Assembly: GCA_036507635.1 (NCBI GenBank)
Contig: DATCIQ010000327.1
Coordinates: 19,008 to 83,007 of the forward strand
Length of the DNA stretch: 64,000 nt
Origin: Gammaproteobacteria bacterium
Lineage (GTDB): Bacteria > Pseudomonadota > Gammaproteobacteria > Steroidobacterales > Rariloculaceae
Direction: 5' to 3'
This document shows, in pieces, positions 20,179 through 28,059 of this stretch. Under the pieces are notes generated by a model that had not been told where the DNA came from, did not search any database, and was given only the letters and a program-made list of their open reading frames with translations. The translations under genes and the position numbers were made by a program. Numbering within the stretch: position 1 is the first letter of the stretch; every line of letters starts with the position of its first letter.

Positions 20179-20571
20179 ATGATGAATCCCTTGAAGAGAC
20201 GCATTCAGGATTCCACGAGCGGTCCGACGACCTTCATCGCGGCATCCACCAAGATCGTCGGCACGATCAGCGGCAACGGCCCGTATGTGATCTGCGGCAC
20301 CGTCGAGGGGGATTGTGACATCGACGGACCGTTGACGCTTGCCGTCGGCGGCAGCTGGCAGGGCACGTTGCGCGCGACGGATATCGTCGTCGCGGGTACG
20401 GTGCGAGGCGACGTCATTGCCAGCCAGCGCGTCGAGATTGCGGGAACGGCGCGCGTGACCGGGAGCTTATCGGGTCATTCGATCGCGGTCGCCGAGGGTG
20501 CCATCATCGAAGGCGAAATCAAGGTCACGAACGGCACGCCGCTCAAGTTCGAAGAGAAGCGGCGCGGATAG
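20179..20571 (+). CDS. Bactofilin family cytoskeletal protein
   Basis: 130 aa with repetitive beta-helix windings typical of bactofilins: GTVEGDCDIDGPLTLAVGG...ATDIVVAGTVRGDVIASQRVEIAGTARVTGSL...IAVAEGAIIEGEIKV. Confidence 0.85.
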   Translation: MMNPLKRRIQDSTSGPTTFIAASTKIVGTISGNGPYVICGTVEGDCDIDGPLTLAVGGSWQGTLRATDIVVAGTVRGDVIASQRVEIAGTARVTGSLSGHSIAVAEGAIIEGEIKVTNGTPLKFEEKRRG

Positions 20572-21562
20572 AGTTCTCGATCTCGGCCGCGATCCAACCG
20601 TCGATCCAGCTGCGGAGCCCCCAGCTATCTACGAATCCACAGTGTCCGCCCGAAGGCAGCAGCGTGACAGTCAGCGCCTCGCTCTTGGCGAGACGCTTAA
20701 GATCGTGGCTTGGATTCACCGGGTCGTCCTCTGCCGCAATCAAGCTCGCGCGAATTGCGAGTCCTTCGAGCGCCGACCCCGTGATCGCATAGCCCTCCAA
20801 GTAGCTTTCGAGATCCGGAAACTCCGTGTAACGGCGCACGAAAAAATCCGTCGTCTCGGTCAGAGTACGAAAACGCTCGAGGCTGCCGAAATCATACCGG
20901 TGTGGAAATGCGGCCGCCTTTGCACGCAGCGACCGCCGCCAGCGCCGCAGGAAGTAGTGACGGTAGAGCCACAAGCCTTGCTCGAGGGCGAGCATCGTGC
21001 TTTGCGGGTGCAGCACCGGGCACACGGCGACGACGCCGTCGAGCGCTATGCCCGCCTGCGGGGCGCGGGCGCCGACGCGCAGCGCAAAATTCCCGCCCAA
21101 GGACTGGCCGACCACGAACAGTCGCCGTGCCGCGTGGCGCTCGTGGATCGCCTTGACGGCGCTCACGACTTCCGCAATCCGGCACGAATGGAAGAGGTCC
21201 TCGTTGAGCGCATACGTATCGCCGTGATCACGAAAATTGAGGCGAAAAACCTCGAAACCGGCCTCGAAAAGCCGCGTGCCCGCAGAAAGCATATAACTCG
21301 AGTCGGCGCAGCCTTCCCAGCCGTGCAGCAGCACCACGAGACCGAGGCTGTCTGCGGCAGGGCGGCTGTAATACCCCAGTAAGCGCACGCCGTCGCCGCA
21401 GTCGATGAGCTCGGCCTTGGCCGCGGCGAGGAAGCCCGCGGCCCGCGCCTGGACCGCGCGGCGGCGCCACGGGAGCTTGCAAGCGACCGATTGGACGTGA
21501 CAGTGGCGCAAGCCCGGTGGGGGGCGGAACTCCGCCGGCATTAGCCGCCGGTCGAGGCTCAT
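20543..21562 (-). CDS. YheT/ABHD-type alpha/beta hydrolase
   Basis: Starts at MSLDRRLMPAEFRPPPGLRHCHVQS. It has VLLHGWEGC and the nucleophile elbow GQSLGGN. There is a 29-nt convergent overlap with the bactofilin gene. Confidence 0.8.
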   Translation of the reverse strand: MSLDRRLMPAEFRPPPGLRHCHVQSVACKLPWRRRAVQARAAGFLAAAKAELIDCGDGVRLLGYYSRPAADSLGLVVLLHGWEGCADSSYMLSAGTRLFEAGFEVFRLNFRDHGDTYALNEDLFHSCRIAEVVSAVKAIHERHAARRLFVVGQSLGGNFALRVGARAPQAGIALDGVVAVCPVLHPQSTMLALEQGLWLYRHYFLRRWRRSLRAKAAAFPHRYDFGSLERFRTLTETTDFFVRRYTEFPDLESYLEGYAITGSALEGLAIRASLIAAEDDPVNPSHDLKRLAKSEALTVTLLPSGGHCGFVDSWGLRSWIDGWIAAEIENSIRAASLRT

Positions 21563-21631
21563 AGTAAACTCCCGGAGTGCAGACTGGTCACCATTGCGAC
21601 AATAACAAAAACACAAGACTACCGACTCCGG

Positions 21632-23671
21632 ATGAGCATGTTCGGAACGTCTCTTAGGGTCTGGCTTGCGGTCTTAGGCGTCGTCGCGGGAATCGCGACG
21701 CTGCTCGCGCTCGCGCTCGCTATGCTCTCCGGCGCGACGCTCGGCCTGCCTCTCGTATGGCTGTTGATCGCCGCTGGGGTGGCGTTTCCGGCCCTAAGCC
21801 TCGCAGTGTTGTGGCGGCACTCGCAATCATTGCGCCGGCCCTTGAGCCGCGTCGTCACAGCCTTGAATCGCACTGCACAAGGCGACCTCGATTCCGACCC
21901 CAAGCTCGGGAACCTACCGGAGTCGCACGCACTGCGCACCGCCCTCGATTCCGTGCGGATGAGCCTCAAAGAGAGCCAGGTTTCACGCGACTACCTCGAC
22001 GGGCTGTTGACGGGCATGAGCGAGGCCATTCTCGTCGTCGATGGCGACGGTCGCATCGAGCGAGTCAATGCCGCCGCCACGGCCATGCTCGACTACGCTA
22101 CCGAAGCACTGCTCGGCATGAGCATCGACGCGATCATGCTCGATGCGGAGGATCAGCCGCCGGGGGCCGACGCCGTCTCGCGCCCGCGCGAGGGCGTATT
22201 CCGGCGCCGCGACGGCACGCACACGTGCGTCTCTTACACGGTCAGCGCGATTCGCAACGATCGCGGGCCGGGCCTATCTCTGCTTTACGCGGCCCAGAAC
22301 ATCGATGACCGCAAAAAAGTCGAGCAGCGCATTCGCTACCTTGCCCGCACCGATGCTTTGACCAAGATCGCGAATCGCATGCAGTTTCAACATCTGCTGC
22401 AGCAGTCCATCGCGCGGGCGAAGCGTAGCCGTCAGTATCTCGGGCTTCTTTACCTCGACGTCGATCGCTTCAAAGACATCAACGACACATTCGGGCATGC
22501 CGCCGGAGATACGAGCCTCGAGGTTTTCTCGCGCCGCATCACCGATGTGATGCCGGAAGGCGCGATTCCGGGACGATTGGCCGGCGACGAATTCTCCATC
22601 CTTTTGAGTCCGTGCGACAACCTCGAGAAAGTCATCGAGCAGGCGGCCGACGTCGGGGGCAGGATTTTGCGCGCCGTGGGCAAATCGTTCGAGGTCCAGG
22701 GCGAAGAGATATTCATGACCACGAGCGTCGGTATCGCCATATATCCGCGCGACGGCGACAACGTCGTGGACCTGTTACGCAAAGCAGATGCGGCGCTCTA
22801 CCAGGCGAAGAAAGCGGGCGGAAACTGCATCGAGTTCTACTCCCATCACATGAATACCGCCGCCGAAGAGCGCCTCATGCTCAAGAACAAGCTGCGTCGA
22901 GCGTTCGAGCGCGACGAGTTGCGGCTGCACTATCAGCCCAAGTACGACCTGCGCAGCGGCCGCATCTCCGGGGCCGAAGCGTTGGTAAGGTGGGACTTGC
23001 CGAAGCGCGGTCTCGTATTTCCCTCGGATTTCATTCCGCTCGCCGAGGAAACGAACCTGATCCTGCAGATCGGGGACTGGGTTTTGAACCGCGTTTGCTC
23101 GGACTATCGCGACTGGCAGCGATTCGTTCCATCGCCGTGCCGCGTGTCCGTGAATCTCTCGTTGCGGCAATTGCAGCAGCAGAAATTCCTCGAGGGCGTT
23201 CGCAGCGCGTTTCGCACGCACGGCATCTCGCCGACCTGCCTCGAGCTCGAGATTACCGAAACGACGCTCATGGAAGACACCGACCGGACGATTCGCATCC
23301 TGGACGCGCTCTACGGCATGGGGCTGCACTTGGCGATAGACGACTTCGGTACCGGTTACTCATCGCTAAGCGCGCTGCAGCAGTTTCCAATCAGCACGCT
23401 CAAAATCGACCAGTCGTTTATCCGCGATGTCACGGTCGATCGCGACAATGCCGCGATCGTCAAGACGATCATTCAAATGGCGCATAGCCTCAAGCTCGAG
23501 GTCGTCGCCGAGGGCGTCGAATCCCAGGACCAGCTCATGTTCCTCCGCAACCAGCGCTGCGATATGGCGCAGGGGCACCTGTTCGGCGATCCGATGACTG
23601 CCGACGACTTCTGCGCGCTCCTGGTGGCGGAGGCCGAAGGCAGCGGGCGTTATCAGGCCCTGTTCGGCTGA
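21632..23671 (+). CDS. Membrane sensor with HAMP, PAS, GGDEF and EAL domains (c-di-GMP turnover)
   Basis: 679 aa with two N-terminal TM helices and a PAS domain. The GGDEF domain carries an A-site variant (RLAGDEFSI). The EAL domain has EALVRW, DDFGTGYSSL and EGVE. Confidence 0.9.
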   Translation: MSMFGTSLRVWLAVLGVVAGIATLLALALAMLSGATLGLPLVWLLIAAGVAFPALSLAVLWRHSQSLRRPLSRVVTALNRTAQGDLDSDPKLGNLPESHALRTALDSVRMSLKESQVSRDYLDGLLTGMSEAILVVDGDGRIERVNAAATAMLDYATEALLGMSIDAIMLDAEDQPPGADAVSRPREGVFRRRDGTHTCVSYTVSAIRNDRGPGLSLLYAAQNIDDRKKVEQRIRYLARTDALTKIANRMQFQHLLQQSIARAKRSRQYLGLLYLDVDRFKDINDTFGHAAGDTSLEVFSRRITDVMPEGAIPGRLAGDEFSILLSPCDNLEKVIEQAADVGGRILRAVGKSFEVQGEEIFMTTSVGIAIYPRDGDNVVDLLRKADAALYQAKKAGGNCIEFYSHHMNTAAEERLMLKNKLRRAFERDELRLHYQPKYDLRSGRISGAEALVRWDLPKRGLVFPSDFIPLAEETNLILQIGDWVLNRVCSDYRDWQRFVPSPCRVSVNLSLRQLQQQKFLEGVRSAFRTHGISPTCLELEITETTLMEDTDRTIRILDALYGMGLHLAIDDFGTGYSSLSALQQFPISTLKIDQSFIRDVTVDRDNAAIVKTIIQMAHSLKLEVVAEGVESQDQLMFLRNQRCDMAQGHLFGDPMTADDFCALLVAEAEGSGRYQALFG

Positions 23672-23760
23672 GCCGAAGTGCTTGCAGCAAACACCGCTTG
23701 GCTTCCGCGCAAACGCTTGGGTATATTCAGCGCCAAATTACATAACAGGGGACTCATTAA

Positions 23761-24114
23761 ATGAAAGTTTTCGCACTCGGTGCCGCAGCTGCCGTGAGCT
23801 TGCTCTCTCCGTCTGCCTTCGCCGCATGCGAACAACCGAGCATGGTTGCCGTTCCGGACGGCGCGACCGCGACGATGGAGGAATTGCTGGCCGCTCAGGG
23901 CAGCGTCAAGTCCTACATGGCGGAGATGGAAATCTATCTCGCGTGCTTGAACGAAGAGTTGGAGACGGCGGGCGAAGATGCCCCGGCGGAGTTCAAGTCG
24001 CTCATGGTGAATCGGCATAACGCCGCCGTCACTGAAATGGAAACGGTCGCGGCAGCTTTCAATCAAGAGGTCCAAGCCCACCGGAGCGCGCATCCCGAGC
24101 CCGCTGCGCAGTGA
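23761..24114 (+). CDS. Exported small protein of unknown function (117 aa)
   Basis: The signal peptide MKVFALGAAAAVSLLSPSAFAAC is followed by a helical mature part with two Cys. It is preceded by AGGGGA. Confidence 0.55.
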   Translation: MKVFALGAAAAVSLLSPSAFAACEQPSMVAVPDGATATMEELLAAQGSVKSYMAEMEIYLACLNEELETAGEDAPAEFKSLMVNRHNAAVTEMETVAAAFNQEVQAHRSAHPEPAAQ

Positions 24115-24146
24115 GCGCGTACGCTGCGCAGCGCCAACATCGTTAC

Positions 24147-24389
24147 TCAGAGCTCTCGGAACTGTCGGTGTAGCTCGGAGCGCTCGTCGGTGACGATGCG
24201 CTCGAGGACCTTGACGCGGTCTTCGAGCTCGGCAAGACGCGCGGACATCTCGTCGCGAACCGACTGATCTATCGCTTCTTTCTCGCGGCCCCTTTGCTTC
24301 ATTCGAGTCAAGGCCAGCGGAAACCCGAAGATCGACCCGAAGATGATGGTCAAGATCGCCAACACGAACAGCATTTCTAGGATCTGCAT
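24147..24389 (-). CDS. Small membrane protein with a PspB/PspC-type C-terminal zipper (fourth psp-cluster gene)
   Basis: 80 aa with one N-terminal TM helix. The C-terminus RLAELEDRVKVLERIVTDERSELHRQFREL aligns with the C-terminus of the adjacent PspC, RFRDLDGRLQRLEKYVTSERFRLDREFAGL. It starts 37 nt downstream of pspC on the same strand. Confidence 0.6.
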   Translation of the reverse strand: MQILEMLFVLAILTIIFGSIFGFPLALTRMKQRGREKEAIDQSVRDEMSARLAELEDRVKVLERIVTDERSELHRQFREL

Positions 24390-24426
24390 GCCCGGTACCC
24401 TCCGCCCCGTCGATTGATAAGCTTTG

Positions 24427-24837
24427 CTAGTCTTTGAGTCCGGCGAATTCCCGATCGAGACGGAACCGTTCGGAGGTCACGTACTTTTCGAGGCGCTGCA
24501 ATCTGCCGTCCAGGTCGCGGAAACGGTGACGCACGCTGTCTAAGGTTGAATGCGGTTCGGCGCGCACGCGTCGGCCGAGAACGTCCACGGGTTCGCCGAT
24601 CGGGCGCCGCGGGCCCGGCTTGAGCACGAGCGCGAGCACGAAGTACACGATGATCAACGTCGGGAAAATGAACGCCGCGATGGCGACGACGACGCGTGTC
24701 ATCCCGAGGTCGAAGCCGAAGTAGTCCGCGAAGCCGGCGCAGACGCCGGCAATCATGCCGTCGCTCTTGTTTCGATAGAGCTTGCTGCGGCGCGGCTCTT
24801 GCGGATCGAAACCCGTGTTCCTGTTCATCCAACCCAC
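24427..24837 (-). CDS. pspC: Phage shock protein C
   Basis: The PspC domain reads KLYRNKSDGMIAGVCAGFADYFGFDLGMTRVVVAIAAF. A TM helix and a C-terminal leucine zipper follow. Confidence 0.85.
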   Translation of the reverse strand: MGWMNRNTGFDPQEPRRSKLYRNKSDGMIAGVCAGFADYFGFDLGMTRVVVAIAAFIFPTLIIVYFVLALVLKPGPRRPIGEPVDVLGRRVRAEPHSTLDSVRHRFRDLDGRLQRLEKYVTSERFRLDREFAGLKD

Positions 24838-24844
24838 TCCTCGG

Positions 24845-25084
24845 TTACAGCTTCTTGCGCCAATCAGGTATCTCGTCGTCGAGAATCGTTTCGAGCGCGT
24901 TCAACCGGCTGTCCATGCGCATACTGTCCTGCCACAGAGCCTCGAGAGTCTTCTGCTCCTCGTCGGTCAGTCCCTTCGTGGCCTTCCACTTAGTCGAGTA
25001 ATGCATGATGACCATGAGCGGGAACACGATGACCATGAAAAGGATCGTGAGGACAAAAATTTGATCGCCGCCCATGTCGGTCAC
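24845..25084 (-). CDS. pspB: Phage shock protein B
   Basis: 79 aa with one TM helix, then YSTKWKATKGLTDEEQKTLEALWQDSMRMDSRLNALETILDDE, a typical PspB sequence. It lies directly downstream of pspA. Confidence 0.85.
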   Translation of the reverse strand: MTDMGGDQIFVLTILFMVIVFPLMVIMHYSTKWKATKGLTDEEQKTLEALWQDSMRMDSRLNALETILDDEIPDWRKKL

Positions 25085-25093
25085 CCCGCCGTA

Positions 25094-25774
25094 TTATTCT
25101 TGTGCACCGCTGCTTTTTTTGGCGCGTTTCGCTTTGAGAGCGCGCAGCTCCTGCTCGACGGCCTCGGTCGACTCGAGATCCGAGATCTCCTGCGCGAGGT
25201 CCTTCCGCCCGCCCATGTCGTAGGCCTCGACCCGCCCCTCGAGATCGTCCATACGCCGCTCATATTGCTCGAAGCGGATGAGCGCGTCGTCGATCCGATA
25301 GTCGTGCAACCGCTTGCGAACCTCAAGACGCCCGCTTGCCGTTTGGTGCCGGACGATGAGTGCCTGCTGCCGCGACTTCGCGTAGGCGAGCTTCTCTTCC
25401 AACGAGCTGATGTCGCCGTTGAGCTTGTCGAGGCCTTCGGCGACGGCTTTGAGTTGCTGCGAGAGGGCTTCGGCCGCCTTGGCGACCAGCGATTTCTCGG
25501 CCAGAGCCGCCTTGGCGAGATCTTCGCGGCTCTTGTCGAGCGCGAGCTCCGCCTTGCTCTGCCAATCCCGCGATTCCTGCTCGAGCGCCTGGAGCTTGCG
25601 CGTGATTTCCTTCTTGTCGGCGATGGCGCGAGCCGCCGCCGAGCGGACCTCGACGAGCGTATCCTCCATCTCCTGAATCATGAGGCGAACGATCTTCTCC
25701 GGCTCCTCGGCCTTGTCGAGGATGGCGTTGATATTCGAGTTCACGATGTCCGTGAAGCGCGAAAAGATACCCAT
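25094..25774 (-). CDS. pspA: Phage shock protein A
   Basis: MGIFSRFTDIVNSNINAILDKAEEPEKIVRLMIQEMEDTLVEVRS is the near-canonical PspA N-terminus. The 226-aa product is a coiled-coil protein. Confidence 0.95.
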   Translation of the reverse strand: MGIFSRFTDIVNSNINAILDKAEEPEKIVRLMIQEMEDTLVEVRSAAARAIADKKEITRKLQALEQESRDWQSKAELALDKSREDLAKAALAEKSLVAKAAEALSQQLKAVAEGLDKLNGDISSLEEKLAYAKSRQQALIVRHQTASGRLEVRKRLHDYRIDDALIRFEQYERRMDDLEGRVEAYDMGGRKDLAQEISDLESTEAVEQELRALKAKRAKKSSGAQE

Positions 25775-25814
25775 GGCTGACCACCTTTTGCGTAAGTTTG
25801 ATCCGGTTCACCCA

Positions 25815-25831
25815 AAGCACCTTTCGTGCCA
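25815..25831 (-). promoter_or_regulatory. Sigma-54 promoter of pspA
   Basis: The minus strand reads TGGCACGAAAGGTGCTT (TGGCAC-N5-gTGC). It lies about 40 nt upstream of the pspA ATG, with pspF divergent, as in the classical psp regulon. Confidence 0.65.
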
Positions 25832-25847
25832 AACGTGCCGACCTCCC

Positions 25848-25860
25848 TAAGTAATTGATT
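25848..25860 (-). promoter_or_regulatory. Candidate IHF site
   Basis: The minus strand reads AATCAATTACTTA, which fits WATCAANNNNTTR at every defined position. It sits just upstream of the -24 element, where IHF acts at the E. coli pspA promoter. Confidence 0.4.
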
Positions 25861-25964
25861 CGGGTCTGATTACAGCGCCAATGCAAGGTCTGCGCTCGAG
25901 CTCGAATTGGTGAAACCAGCCAAGTAATGGCGCAACTGCTCAACCGGTGGTAAAAAACGTCGCC

Positions 25965-27005
25965 ATGAGTCCCGTGAGACCCGAAGGCTTGATCGGCGAA
26001 GCGCCGGCGTTTGTCGCGATGCTCGAGCATGTCTCGCAAGCCGCCGGGCTACCGAAGCCCGTGCTCGTCATCGGCGAGCGGGGCACCGGCAAGGAGCTCA
26101 TTGCTTCCAGGCTGCACTATCTGTCGGCACGTTGGGATCAGAAGCTCGTCAAGGTCAACTGCGCCGCGCTGACCGAAAGCCTGCTCGAATCCGAGCTGTT
26201 CGGTCATGAAGCCGGGGCCTTCACGGGAGCTACTCGCCGGCACATCGGCTGCTTCGAGCAAGCCGACAACGGCACGCTCGTGCTCGACGAGCTCGGCACG
26301 ATCCCGCTGCGCATGCAGGAAAAGATACTCCGCGTCATCGAGTACGGTGAGCTCCAGCGGGTCGGGGGCAGCGACACGGTTTCGACGGATGTTCGCGTCG
26401 TCGGCGTGACCAACGAGGACCTGCTGAACCTTGCCGCCACCGGCCGGTTTCGGCAAGACCTTTTGGACCGCCTAGCGTTCGACGTCATTCATGTGCCGCC
26501 GCTGCGCGCGCGCCCCGAGGACATCGAAACGCTCGCTTACCATTTCGCGGTCAACGTCACGAGCGACTTGAAGCGCGCGGTTTTCCCGGGCTTCAGTCCC
26601 ATGGCGCTGGCGGCGCTCAAGAGCCACAACTGGCCCGGCAACGTTCGCGAGCTCAAGAACACGGTGGAGCGCAGCGTTTATCGCGCCGCGGATCCGAGCC
26701 TGCCGGTCGACCGCATCCTCTTCGATCCCTTTGCCTCGCCCTACTCGTCACGCCTCGCCGAGGCTCGCAACGAGATTCCGCACGCCGCGCCGACACCAGC
26801 GCCGGCAAAACCCGCTCTGCATCTACCGAACGATTTTCGCACCGCCGTTCGCACCTACGAGCGGGACCTTCTCAACTCGGCCTTGGCGCGCGCGCAGTTC
26901 AAACAGACGGCTGCGGCCGAGCTCCTGGGCTTGAGCTACCATCAGTTGCGCGGCTTACTCAAAAAGCACTCGCTGCCCGAGAGACAAGAGTCCGAGCAAC
27001 CCTAG
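25965..27005 (+). CDS. pspF: Psp operon transcriptional activator (sigma-54 enhancer-binding protein without receiver domain)
   Basis: MSPVRPEGLIGEAPAFVAMLEHVSQAAGLPKPVLVIGERGTGKELIASRLHYLS aligns with the PspF N-terminus. GAFTGA and a C-terminal HTH are present. It is divergent from pspA. Confidence 0.9.
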   Translation: MSPVRPEGLIGEAPAFVAMLEHVSQAAGLPKPVLVIGERGTGKELIASRLHYLSARWDQKLVKVNCAALTESLLESELFGHEAGAFTGATRRHIGCFEQADNGTLVLDELGTIPLRMQEKILRVIEYGELQRVGGSDTVSTDVRVVGVTNEDLLNLAATGRFRQDLLDRLAFDVIHVPPLRARPEDIETLAYHFAVNVTSDLKRAVFPGFSPMALAALKSHNWPGNVRELKNTVERSVYRAADPSLPVDRILFDPFASPYSSRLAEARNEIPHAAPTPAPAKPALHLPNDFRTAVRTYERDLLNSALARAQFKQTAAAELLGLSYHQLRGLLKKHSLPERQESEQP

Positions 27006-27039
27006 AGGCTCAAGGGCCTCGTGCTAACATTTTGAGACG

Positions 27040-28029
27040 ATGACTACGGGAACGAAACCACCGCTGCGGGTCGCCATAACCGGCGCCGCGGGCCAAATCG
27101 GTTATCAGCTGGCCTTTCGCATCGCTTCCGGGCAAATGCTCGGGCGCGACCAGCCCGTGGCACTGCAGCTGCTCGAGATCACGCCGGCACTCGGCGCTCT
27201 CCAAGGCGTCGCGATGGAGCTCGAGGATTGTGCATTCGACACGCTGCAGGCCGTCGTGGTCACCGACCGGGCCGAAGTTGCATTTCGCGATGCCGATTTT
27301 GCGCTGCTCGTCGGCGCGCGGCCGCGCGGCCCCGGCATGGAGCGCAAGGATCTGTTGCTTGCAAACGCGCAAATTTTCTCGGCCCAAGGTAAGGCGCTCA
27401 ATGCAGTGGCAATGCGCCGGGTCAAGGTGCTCGTGGTCGGCAATCCGGCCAATACCAACGCTCTCATCGCGCGGGAGAGTGCGCCGGATCTCGACCCGCG
27501 GAGCTTTACCGCGATGATGCGGCTCGATCACAACCGCGCCAAAGCGCAACTTGCCGCGAAGACGGGAATGCGCGTTACCGACGTGAGCAAGGTGACCATC
27601 TGGGGAAATCATTCGTCGACGCAGTTTCCGGATCTCAGCCATGCCGAGGTCGCAGGCAAGCCGGCGCTCGCGCGCGTGCCGCGCGAATGGTACGAGAAGG
27701 AGTTCATCCCCAACGTTCAGCAACGCGGCGCGGCGATCATCAAAGCGCGCGGTGCCTCGTCCGCGGCGTCCGCGGCCTCCGCGGCAATCGACCACGTGCG
27801 CGACTGGGTGGTGGGCACGCCCGGTCAAGACTGGGTCAGCATGGGCGTTGCGTCCGACGGAAGCTACGGTATCAAAGAGGGCGTGGTCTATTCGTATCCC
27901 GTGAGGTGTGCCGGTGGCGGCTACGAAATCGTCCGGGGACTTGCCATCGACGCGTTCGGCCGCACCAAGCTCGACGCGACGGACGCGGAGCTCCGCGAAG
28001 AGCGCGCCCAAGTCGCCGAGCTTCTTTAG
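27040..28029 (+). CDS. mdh: Malate dehydrogenase
   Basis: [27 protein letters not shown]...LQLLEI, followed by [15 protein letters not shown] and a catalytic MRLDHNRA. Confidence 0.95.
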   Translation: MTTGTKPPLRVAITGAAGQIGYQLAFRIASGQMLGRDQPVALQLLEITPALGALQGVAMELEDCAFDTLQAVVVTDRAEVAFRDADFALLVGARPRGPGMERKDLLLANAQIFSAQGKALNAVAMRRVKVLVVGNPANTNALIARESAPDLDPRSFTAMMRLDHNRAKAQLAAKTGMRVTDVSKVTIWGNHSSTQFPDLSHAEVAGKPALARVPREWYEKEFIPNVQQRGAAIIKARGASSAASAASAAIDHVRDWVVGTPGQDWVSMGVASDGSYGIKEGVVYSYPVRCAGGGYEIVRGLAIDAFGRTKLDATDAELREERAQVAELL

Positions 28030-28059
28030 GGCGGCCATTCGAGTCGCCGGGACACTCAA

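Noticed and set aside
27158-27173. TGGCAC-N5-CTGC, a sigma-54-like motif
   Set aside because: It lies about 40 codons inside mdh on the coding strand, with no downstream gene to serve. It is most likely a chance match in GC-rich coding sequence.
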